In this document: one piece after another, positions 36,909 to 46,752 of the stretch | Numbering within the stretch: position 1 is the stretch's first letter | How the letters are laid out: the number at the start of each line of letters is the position of its first letter | Source: Girardia tigrina | Lineage: Eukaryota | Assembly: GCA_001938485.1 (NCBI GenBank) | Contig: MQRK01250014.1 | Coordinates: forward strand, 1 to 52,142 | DNA: 52,142 bases | Direction: 5' to 3' | The notes under the pieces: generated by a model | Database searches by the model: none | Told to the model about the DNA's origin: nothing | The model's input: the letters and a program-made list of their open reading frames with translations, nothing else | Position numbers and translations under genes: made by a program

Positions 36909-38789
36909 TTAACTTTTTTATTACGTAAATTATACTTCGACAGTTTTATTTTCTTTCAAATATTAATAAATTCAAAATCTTCAAATGTTTTCAATTTAAA
37001 ACCAGCGTCGGCTCACCAAATATTATTTTGGGTATTCGAAAATATTCTTTTGTTAACTACTTTAAGCAAGCTTTCAAATATAATTATCTGACTCCTTTTC
37101 AAATGGTTCTTCCTAACTTTGTAATGAATATAGTAATTTGATGAACCCTCTCTTGAAGGTTTCAATTTCTTTTGAATGAATCTCGTCGGAGATTATTTTT
37201 CAAATATTAGCAATAGTAATAAGTCAAAGGAATTCTGTTTAAAAAAAACTTTATTCAATTGAATTACAAAAATTCTTCCAATACAACGTATAAATAACAG
37301 TGGAGGATTCCAAAATATTTCGAACAATTTTCTTCTAAAAATTTATGACTTCTACTTAATTATTAGTTTTACAAAATTTATGAGTTTATTGTTTCAGTTT
37401 GGGGTATTTATACCCATTTTGATACAAAAAATTAAATATTAAATAAAAATTACTTATATTAGTTTTTTAAGAAAATAAAATTTAATTTTTTAAAAAAACA
37501 TTAATTTAAAAAAAAAATAAAAATTTATTTAAATTTTCAAAATAAATTGTAATCTTGCAATTATAATTTGTTTAACTGGGCTTAAATGCCCATTTATTTA
37601 AATCTCCTTTTAAATTGTGTTTCTAATTCGATATTTGAAGAGAGACTAATCCCAGCCTAATTGCTGTTTGATTAGTCCTCCTTTAAATAAAAATAGTGGG
37701 CATAACTGCTCATTTCATTTTTCAACAATCCTGGGTAAGGATTTATTTATTTTTTTAATTTTATTATTTTTTTATAATATATAANNNNNNNNNNNNNNNN
37801 NNNNNNNNNNNNNNNNNNNNNNNNNNNNNNNNNNNNNNNNNNNNNNNNNNNNNNNNNNNNNNNNNNNNNNNNNNNNNNNNNNNNNNNNNNNNNNNNNNNN
37901 NNNNNNNNNNNNNNNNNNNNNNNNNNNNNNNNNNNNNNNNNNNNNNNNNNNNNNNNNNNNNNNNNNNNNNNNNNNNNNNNNNNNNNNNNNTTTCAAAGCC
38001 TTCAATGGTTTTTTCCAACCAACACAGGAGTGCCCCCTTAATGAACGGGCCCCTGCTAGGGAGGAAAAACTCGTTGACAAAGTGCTAAATAATAGTAATT
38101 AATTTTTAAAAAAAATAAAAATATAATAATAATGACAAAATAATAATAATAATAGTATTAATTAATTTATAATATTCAAAAAAGTCAAAATAATAACAAT
38201 AAATCTAATAAAAATATAGCAATAATTATAAAATAAATAATAATAATAATAATAATAATAACTAAATAGTTATAATTTTAATATAATAAATAATAGTGCT
38301 AAAATAATATTATTTATATTAATAATATTACTTATACAAATACAAATTATTCCTATTAACTACATTGAGTCCCTGAGCACTGAGCTCAAACAAAAGGGAA
38401 GTTACAAAGGGATTTATCACCACATTTTATTTATATTTTTTTGTTATTTATATATATATATATATATTTAATTTAATTTTATCTTTTAGGAGGGTAAGAA
38501 TTATATTTTTAAATTTTAATTAATAATATATATATTTTTTTCAGATCCTTAACAGTTGTGGAAAAGTTCTTTTCCGTTTCTTTCAACTCAGACATGAAAT
38601 TGATATTTTCCTTACCGAGAAAGATCACTCTGAACCACTTTTGTCAAATCGTGAATGGCTCTAGAAGTTGGCAATTTTTGCAGATTTGGTAAATCATATG
38701 AACAATTTAAATTCAAAATTACAAAGTGAAAATAATTTAATTTGCGATTTTTACACAAATATAAAAGCATTCAGAGCAAAGTTGCTAGA

Positions 38790-39347
38790 AAGCCTCATAA
38801 ACAATACATATGCAATGCTGTGCAGAATTGTATAAAACGTACCAAGGGACATTTCTTTTGCCTTTCATAAATATAGTTATCGAAGACCTTATGAAGAGAA
38901 CTCACACATTTGACAGAACATTTATTACATTCACATTTCTTATCATCTTTATGATGATCAATAGTATTACTTTCACTATAATCTATCAATCAATTTTCAA
39001 TATCTCTCATTATAATCTGAACTATACTTGAGAAGATTATTTTATTTAAAAATATTTAATTTAAAATTTAATTGGCTGAAATAAAATATTTTTATAGTCA
39101 TTTTTAAACATTAATTTGATTTTAATTATTTAAAAATTTACAAAAATAAAATCAATAAAATTATTTAAAAATTGCAATAATAAAAATTTGAATATTAAAT
39201 CTAAATTTAAATAAATTAGTTTCAGATTATAAAAAAATAAATATTGATAATCCATCTGGTTAGGAGAGGCACAATCTCAAATCAACATACAACATTTAAA
39301 CATGCAAACACTACACAAACACATCCACACACCAAATATTCCTCATA
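38790..39347 (-). mobile_element. LTR fragment related to the LTR of the 46.7-51.5 kb Gypsy family, inserted in the hAT transposase
   Basis: The reverse complement starts TATGAGGAATATTTGG...TGTATGTTGATTT...CCAGATGGA. This parallels TGAGGAATATTTTAG...TGTATGTTGATTT...CCAGAT at 46755. Confidence 0.6.
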
Positions 39348-39621
39348 GATCTAAAACAAAAATTTCGGAAACGTTTTGCTAAACTGGATGCAAATGCTGC
39401 GGAAATAAGGTTTTTTTCAAAATCCGTTCGATTGTGATATTGAAAATATTCCAACCCATTTTCAAATGGAAGTAATTGAACTGTAGGTAGAGGAACGTAT
39501 TAAAAATAAATATAAGGAAGAAAACTTGATTGATTTTTATAAAAATTTGGATTTGGACCACTTTCCAAATTTAAAAAAAATTTCTTGCCAGTTTATTTCT
39601 ATGTTTGTGACGACTTGTGTC

Positions 39622-40310
39622 CCCGATTGTGTCCCAGCGTTCAGCCAGCGTATTGCTGCCTCAATCGACAAGAGGCGTGTCTTTCGGGGACCTGTCGCTC
39701 CAAGCTGAAGGCAGAAGACTGCAGCATCCATCGTTGTCATATCACTACACGCAATCATTTGGAAACTGTGGGCCAGCGATTGAATCAAGTATTCGTCTAG
39801 TAAAGACTTGATGCCGACCCCCNNNNNNNNNNNNNNNNNNNNNNNNNNNNNNNNNNNNNNNNNNNNNNNNNNNNNNNNNNNNNNNNNNNNNNNNNNNNNN
39901 NNNNNNNNNNNNNNNNNNNNNNNNNNNNNNNNNNNNNNNNNNNNNNNNNNNNNNNNNNNNNNNNNNNNNNNNNNNNNNNNNNNNNNNNNNNNNNNNNNNN
40001 NNNNNNNNNNNNNNNNNNNNNNNNNNNNNNNNNNNNNNNNNNNNNNNNNNNNNNNNNNNNNNNNNNNNNNNNNNNNNNNNNNNNNNNNNNNNNNNNNNNN
40101 NNNNNNNNNNNNNNNNNNNNNNNNNNNNNNNNNNNNNNNNNNNNNNNNNNNNNNNNNNNNNNNNNNNNNNNNNNNNNNNNNNNNTTGTTCGGGTTGTGTG
40201 GGATTGCTATTCTCGAACATTTGGAGGGTCTGAATTTAATTCCTATTATGTTGGTCAACTCAACCGCCTTATCCACCATTTGTTGCATGTGATACTGATT
40301 GTCCGCCAGT
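39622..40310 (-). mobile_element. Non-LTR retrotransposon RT C-terminal fragment (R2/NeSL-like), spanning a gap
   Basis: LADNQYHMQQMVDKAVELTNIIGIKFRPSKC (post-YADD, GL.FNP.KC-type), and after the gap GVGIKSLLDEYLIQSLAHSFQM. Confidence 0.65.
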
Positions 40311-41107
40311 ATATATATTGATTAATGCCGTCATCAATCTGGGTCAAACATACACTCATTCATTTCACCATACACACTATTTCGGTTGTGACCTATTACA
40401 CAACAATACAAAGATCACACCTCAAACATTCCATACATAAATTACACAACATTCAATTATTAGTTTCGATAATAATTCTCCTCACATATATAATTATTAA
40501 ATCAAGCTGAGTTATGGCTTTTCAATTTCGCAAAAAGTAAGATGGAACCAATTGCACCAGTAAAACGTAAAAAATTATGGAGGAAGAATTCGTTAATAAA
40601 AGCAATTGATGATGTTTTGTGTTTCAATGTAATTTGAGTGTTGATTTGTGATTATGTTAGATGCTTGATATATATTATTATCTGAACTAATTTGTGTTAA
40701 ATACTCAAATTTATGTTTAATATATTATGCTTGTTTATTTTTTTGGTAAACAAAAATTATTAGTACTAACACCAAAGATTGCGGTAGTAAATACCCTTGT
40801 AAAGCTTCACCACACTAGCTTTCTATAGATCGATGTTTTATGTAATATTCGTATTTCTTTCGTGCTTCGTTTTTCTGGGCAATTTCCATGGCAATTGAAA
40901 ATAATTTACCTTCGTATTAAACGTTTTAAATGCATATATGTTATTAAAGTTTATTCAGATTGAGTGAAAGATAATCCTAATTGTATGTTGTAAATATTGT
41001 GTGAGTTTCTTCAAAACGCAAGCTAATTTCTTCGTATAATCAAGTTAGAAATAGTTTAAACGTTTATTACGCTTGGAGGGGATTCCGTGCCTCCACGTTG
41101 TTTTGGA

Positions 41108-41488
41108 CAGATAACGGTAGTAATCGCCTTTCATTTTTAAGAAGAACACTTTAGCTTCACCGCCATTTGTAGCCACCAACAAGAACTCATCGAGTAAGGC
41201 TATTATATCAGCGCAAACTTCATTCAATTCTCTTTCAATTTGACTTCGGTAGGCTTTAATCAGTGGAAGTCGAGAAGGATCTTTTTGTTCGATGCTACTC
41301 ATCATCCTCCACCACGCTCTCCGATTTCCGATTACGTTTTTATATGCTACGGATAACAAGTCACGCTCATCCATGTTTAATTCGCCAGTCATTTTAACGA
41401 CATCTCTCATCGCATTAACCACTCCATCATATTTCTCAGCCCGTTCAGCTAATTTAGCTCTATACACTTTCACCTCTCTATCAGCCAT
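41108..41488 (-). pseudogene. 14-3-3 protein, intronless N-terminal half, truncated after YYRYL
   Basis: AKLAERAEKYD, ERDLLSVAYKNVIGNRRAWWRMMSSIEQK and KVFFLKMKGDYYRYL. Similarity then stops and the ORF ends at 41045. Confidence 0.92.
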
Positions 41489-42714
41489 TTTATCAATTTA
41501 TTCTTTTTGTTCGTTCGATTAAATTATTTCTTTTGTATTTAAAAAATTGGATTGAAAACAATTGAGATTGACACAAAGACCTTTTATTATTTTTTTTTAA
41601 ATTGACAAACTTTTTTAAAATTGTGAGAACAATTCACACAAAAAAAACTCCCCCCACACACACACAACAAACAGACATTCACCAATCATTATTTACATAT
41701 CAAACATGCATACACACTGCATTCATACATAAAAAAGAAATTACCAGTGATTGATATGGAAAACAATGAGGCTCACAACCCGCTCGCCATTCAAAATATC
41801 GAGACAATCAATCACTCGTTTCGAATTTTGATTGGCGATTACATAATTTAATTGCTTGTCACTGCTGGATGATAATTAATTTTCCAATTTCTTTGTTAAA
41901 ACTTTTTAATTAGTTATGAATATATGAAACCTTTTAACGAATTTTTCTATTTAAATTCAGTGCCATGATTATGATTNNNNNNNNNNNNNNNNNNNNNNNN
42001 NNNNNNNNNNNNNNNNNNNNNNNNNNNNNNNNNNNNNNNNNNNNNNNNNNNNNNNNNNNNNNNNNNNNNNNNNNNNNNNNNNNNNNNNNNNNNNNNNNNN
42101 NNNNNNNNNNNNATTTATTATATGTTTTATTTATAAATTTTTGAAACTGGCAAAAAAATGTTCGGTCAAATTGACAATTCTCCGTTCCAACGCTAAACGA
42201 AGATCGTTTAAACGTTTAGAAAATTTTAAAACGTGCCCACGTCTAGATACACCATTCTCACTAGCTAGACCTCCTGCTAATCGTCCAATATTTTGAAACA
42301 ATAGTTATTAAATGGAATTTTATGTTATTGTTTTGAATATATTTTCAAAATTTTCACTATCATGTAATTACAATTATAATTTTATATGTTCATATTATTA
42401 ATAAACTTATCATTTATCTGTGAATTCACTGATTATGTGTTTTTAATATCATAATTTATTTATGTGACCAGCGGGACTATCTTCCGATGCACCATCCGGC
42501 CCGCGTTGTCAAAAGTTTGAAGACCCCTGATCTATATTATGAAGTTTCCAATTTGTTTTTCTGTTGTGATGACGATGAATAAACTGGAATTATGAACTGT
42601 AGTTTTATCATGTCACATTGAGTTGATTGTGAACGCAAACTTTAAAGACAGTGGTTATTTTACTTCTCTAGTTGTAATTTGTTATTTTCAGAATGGATTT
42701 TTCAGAATGGATCT

Positions 42715-44121
42715 TCAAGTTCGAGTTTGGGGCGCGTTTGCAGAAGCTGTCTGTTCAAGAATAAGTCCTCGCCCCATTTTCCAAATGATGTTTTGATAAA
42801 GTGTTCGAGGTCCCAACTCTTCCTCCATCTCCAAATCCTTCAGCCGTACGATAGTGCTTTCAAGTAGGTACAACAACCGGTCTAGTTCCTGCACATTCCT
42901 GTTATTCAGCGGTCTGAAATACCGGATTTCCTCATGAATGGATGCATAGATCCGGCCTGGACCTCCATATCTGGCATCGAGCTTCCACAGGCTTTCTTTG
43001 TAAGCTGCTGCACTGAATCCAAGACATTCTATTAGGTTCAGCGCCTCTCCTTTCAAATATTTCCCCAGGTACAGCAACTTCTCAAGATCCGATGCGGAGG
43101 TTTCATCCACGCATAATTTAAAGGCCGCTTTCCAAGCTTCATACTCCTTGTTGGTTCCTCCAAATACGGGTAATTGGATGCGCTCCATTCTGTCCAAGCT
43201 CCTCCCTTTTCTCGAAGAGCTGACCGAATCTTCTGAGCTATTCGATGATGCATCCTCCGAATCTACTTTCTCTGACTTCTGCAGAGAATGTATCTTTTTT
43301 GATTCCCGTCCTGAAGTTAATTTTTCTTTCACTTGCATTCGCTTTTCATATAAAACCGTCAACGCCTCCTCTCTCTGGTCCAGTTTCTCCATCTCTTCCT
43401 GCAATTTGTCCGCATTCTCCAGATCCCCGGCCTGATCGTAATGCTCCATTAGTACCTTGAAACTTGCTAATAAATCCTCGTTTTTATCTTGATATTCCTG
43501 ATGTAAACCCCACCATTGTACATTAGGGATGTCAGAATCCAATAGCCGTTTATAAGCGAAGGTTAGTGGCCGTTTGTCATCTCTTTTTTGTAGGACCAAC
43601 TTCCGGAAGTTCATTGAACTGAGTTGCCCTGATTGTTCCAGAGTGATCTGTGGTTCCTCTTCTGGTAGATCCATTCCACCCAGCAATTTTTCCACACATT
43701 CAATTTTAGCGTATTTGGAGAGACCGCACTCAACTATTGACTGTTTATTCTCCAGAAACTTCCCCTGGAATATCAATTGTTGAAAATGAATGGGTACTCT
43801 CTCTTTTTCCCATATTCTTTCTTTAATATTTGTTATCGTACTGACAGCCCCATTAATGCTTATAATCCGTCCATCCATCAATCGAATGAAGACGGGCATG
43901 AGATTTTTCGCATCAGAATTAACTTTTGCTTCAAAGAGGTCGTAATTTGTTTTATTATCTCTGATTGAGGTTAATTCGTTTGATGAATCGAATTCACTGA
44001 ACTCGATCGATCTCTCACTTGTATTTTCTTTCTCTCTTCCGTCCTCGAACTCCTCGTGTCTGTCGTGTATTGTGCGTGTTACATGTCCTCTCGCGTTCGG
44101 TCTGAGTACCTCAGGCACCAT
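42715..44121 (-). mobile_element. BEL/Pao Gag ORF (468 aa, 3'-truncated) with an N-terminal ubiquitin-like domain
   Basis: DUF1759-type core MERIQLPVFGGTNKEYEAWKAAF..EKLLYLGKYLKGEALNLI..YKESLWKLDARYG. PBS-like TGGTGCC at ~44120. Ubl at 43899-43675. Confidence 0.88.
43675..43899 (-). CDS. Ubiquitin-like domain (75 aa) ending in di-glycine, fused in frame to BEL Gag
   Basis: MPVFIRLMDGRIISINGAVSTITNIKERIWEKERVPIHFQQLIFQGKFLENKQSIVECGLSKYAKIECVEKLLGG|M. About one third identical to ubiquitin by manual alignment. Confidence 0.9.
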
Positions 44122-44552
44122 ATTATCTTTCTCGTGAGTACTTCTCTCGCGTGCTCACTTTCTGGAAACAAAGCGAAAATATTTCTCACTCGCGTAGAGC
44201 GATGCAACCCACACGCCAACTACCAATACACACGCATTCTCAACGCGACACACACGTGGTCTGGCTCGAGGACACTCTCCACAATCTGTCTCAGATAACT
44301 GTGCTCGCTCTCGCACTCATTCTTCCGATCGATCAATATCTTTCTATCAAGGAACGCCGCGATCGTCTCTTTCTCTCCAGCTCTTTCTTTCAACGACGAT
44401 CGAGACAGATTACTTCCATCAATTTCGGTGTCCTTATCACCATAGATATAAATCAATCGACACATGAGATTTGCTTGATCGATCAAACATATTAGTGGAA
44501 TTTTATTATTATTAATTTTATAAATTTTAATGATTGTTCTATGGAACTCTAT

Positions 44553-45128
44553 CGGTGAAAGAATCAATCTCTTAAGATTGCCGAGTCTCTGACAAGCCTT
44601 TATGGCATCACTGATTAATTTGATTCTGTTTGCGTGTAGCTCGAGTGACGCCAAAGGGTGCCCGCGAGTATTGGCGAGTTCACTAAATCCCGTTAGATCA
44701 CTAATCGCATTATACGATGCATTTAATTTAACCAACTGTCGCAATTGAGATAATCCTTCCAATTTTTTTATTCGATTCGCCGATAGATTTAACGTTCTCA
44801 AATGAATCAGTGAATCGAGACCGCTAATTTTCGTGATCGCATTCGACGACAAATCCAGATGCTTCAAGTTACTCAGATTATCCAATCCTCTCATAACAAT
44901 GATTGAATTATAGGGTAAATTCAATGTCGAAATGTTCGGTCTCAATCGAACATTCAAGACGTCTTTTATACCGCAATCGATAAAATTCTCTTCGATAACG
45001 TTTTCCGATTCGAATTGCCCCTAAGAAAGCATTTCATTCTTACTGATGGATACTTCGTTTGAACAATCGACTGAAGTAAAATTCGAAGAATTATGACACT
45101 GTTCTGCTTTCATTGAGTATAGTTCCAT
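44553..45128 (-). pseudogene. LRRCC1: LRRCC1/VFL1-like centriolar LRR protein, N-terminal part only, intronless, with one in-frame stop (45023-45021)
   Basis: FIDCGIKDV..TLNLPYNSI..LKHLDLSSNAITKISGL..LRTLNLSANRIKKLEGL..LNASYNAISDLTG..LELHANRI..LKRLIL follows the recalled LRRCC1 N-terminal LRR layout. The SDS22-type LRR call is secure; orthology is inferred. Confidence 0.7.
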
Positions 45129-45146
45129 ATTGTCAAACCGGCCATT

Positions 45147-45383
45147 GATGATCGTCACGAGTGCGTTATCCTGTAGCAGCTGTCGGTTCAAATTCAGTGG
45201 AACATAAGTACTCTCGAATATACCACGAACAAACCTCAACCAACTGGGCAACAACTTCTCTGCGCGGTTCATTATGAGGACTTTCCAACTGTATAGAGAG
45301 ACTCCGAAAGCATTTCCGCTCTTTCGTGAGATTTCATACAGAATCTGCTCAAGATTCGTAACGAATAAAATTGATTCAATATC
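45147..45383 (-). pseudogene. TRAP1: TRAP1/Hsp75 (mitochondrial Hsp90) middle-domain fragment
   Basis: GVSLYSWKVLIMNRAEKLLPSWLRFVRGIFESTYVPLNLNRQLLQDNAL matches the TRAP1 pattern V.LYSRKVLI....[28 protein letters not shown]. Confidence 0.88.
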
Positions 45384-45513
45384 GTTTAACTCATTATTAT
45401 CATTAATTTTATTATAAATAAATAAATATACAATATAAATTTTATTAAATATTAAATAACACTCTATCGACGAAGGATAGAGCCGGTCTGAGCGCGGTTG
45501 CTCCAAACAGAGC

Positions 45514-45595
45514 AACCACGCTCTGCTACCAATTGGAAATAATTTAAAATTACTTTTGTTGGGGCCAAGTATTAACGTTCGGGACCAAATAGGAC
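45514..45595 (-). promoter_or_regulatory. LTR 3' end (...TTCCA), 2-nt spacer and 18-nt tRNA-iMet primer-binding site
   Basis: The minus strand reads TTCCA-AT-TGGTAGCAGAGCGTGGTT. This is complementary to the ...CTCTGCTACCA 3' end of animal initiator tRNA-Met. Confidence 0.85.
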
Positions 45596-45596
45596 C

Positions 45597-46392
45597 AAAT
45601 CTGTGCTAGCGAAAGATCTATCCATTAGGGATGTTAGGGATTCGTACGTGGATGACATCATAGTAGATCTAAACAGAGTCAGTAGTCAACAGGTGTAAAG
45701 TGTGCTTGAGAGTTTTGGACTACTGGTAAAACCAGCTGAAAAGCTGTGCGGAGGCAGAGTTCTAGGGCTGCGGATATATGAAGAGAACTGAGTGACGAGA
45801 TGGAAACAGGACAATTTTATACAAGAAGTTAGTGCAGAGTCGAAGAAAAGGGAGATTTTTTCGTGGTACGAGCAAGTGACCGGATATTTCCTGATTGCAG
45901 GTTGGTTAAGATCAGCTTGTAGTTTTTTGAAACGTATGGTGAGTGAGAGGAAGTGGGACGAGAAAATAGATAAGACAAGCATGAATATTTTAAATTACAT
46001 CACGAAGTGACTGGACGCTTATGATCCGGTGGGTGGAGTGTTGGACATCCCAAAGACAAATGAAGGTCGTGTGTGGTGTGACGCCAAGAGTTTGGCTATT
46101 GGGGTATGTTTGGAGCTAAACCACTCAATCATGGAAGATAATTGTTGGTTGTGGAAAAAATACTATATCTTTCATATAAATTTAGCGGAATTAGAGGCAG
46201 TGTTGAAAGGGGTGAACGTGGCATTAGCATGGGATGTGAATGAAATAGAGATATTGTGTGATTCGGCTACAGTATGTTCGTGGGTGAAATCTATTGTCAC
46301 GAGTGATAAACGGGTTCACGTGCACTGACTTTTGAAGTATTGGTAAAAAGTCGTTTGTTTTTGTTTAGCAATTAATACAAGAATGTGAAGTC
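45597..46392 (+). mobile_element. LTR-retrotransposon RT-RNase H fragment, degenerate
   Basis: SYVDDIIV, FGLLVKP, RVLGL and AGWLRSACSFLKR. RNase H motifs VWCDAKSLAIGV, HINLAELEAVLKG and CDSATV. Confidence 0.85.
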
Positions 46393-46752
46393 CAAGGAGG
46401 AATGGAGTCGGATGATCTGGAGAAGACATTTTCAGATAGATTTAGACAAAAAAGATTTGAAAAAGGAGTCCTCACCAGATTTTGTAACAATCTATTTGAC
46501 GCTGAGACCGATACAGAGAGAAAAGAGGTTAGACAATGGTACGAGGAGAAATACTTTCAGGTGATAGAAGAACTGGATGATTTAACTGTACTCGGCATAA
46601 AATTGGAAAAAGAAGATCAAATTCAAGAAGTAGACAACCATCTCAAAGACCTAGAATTGAAATATGAGGATATTGAACATATAATGCATGCAAGGGAAGA
46701 AAAAAAGTTGATTAATGCTGAAAGTGTGAGAAATAACGATGGGAGCGCAACA
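46393..46752 (+). pseudogene. Probable BEL/Pao Gag N-terminal helical fragment, preceded in frame by QGG
   Basis: RQKRFEKGVLTRFCNNLFD parallels LQKRDDKRPLTFAYKRLLD in the 44121 Gag. It is cut off by the LTR at 46753. Confidence 0.45.

Larger units (their letters stand above)
31412..37018 (-). mobile_element. Ty3/Gypsy-type LTR retroelement with Gag-Ubl-Env-PR order; RT, RNase H and integrase are missing
   Basis: PBS-like TGGTGAGCCGACGCTGG (37018-37002), followed by collinear gag, three CCHC knuckles, a Ubl, a glycoprotein and a protease on one strand. Confidence 0.85.
30346..42264 (+). pseudogene. hAT transposase split into collinear pieces (30346-30779, ~38550-38784, ~39348-39621, ~42250-42264)
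   Basis: The pieces read KRKLDDEGCIFNDEWGIKYFF, KEYNIRRHYDTKH, LAKRGKPFIDG, SCGKVLFRFFQLRHEI..LAIFADLVNHMNNLNSKLQ, FQNPF..QMEVIEL..FPNLKKISCQFISMF and a terminal HHSH*. Confidence 0.88.
29726..42529 (+). mobile_element. hAT transposon (SPIN/Charlie/GTF2IRD2-like), expanded to 12.8 kb by nested insertions
   Basis: 16-bp TIRs CAAGGGTCTCCAAACT (29726) and AGTTTGAAGACCCCTG (42514-42529). Identical 8-bp TSD ATCTATAT at 29718-29725 and 42530-42537. Subterminal CGGCCCGCG motifs at both ends. Confidence 0.92.

Noticed and set aside
30780-38424. TG(30780)...CA(38424) as the exact LTR-to-LTR limits of the env element
   Set aside because: No direct-repeat similarity is visible between the ends, the flanks (ACTGA vs TTTTA) do not form a TSD, and the adjacent hAT sequence is deleted.
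40960-41107. Frameshifted continuation of 14-3-3 (HTIR / QLGLSF resembling HPIRLGLALNFS)
   Set aside because: The match is too short and split across frames to distinguish from chance.
45490-45531. tRNA-Met gene
   Set aside because: Only the 3' 18 nt including CCA match and there is no cloverleaf. Its position after the LTR-terminal CA marks it as a PBS.
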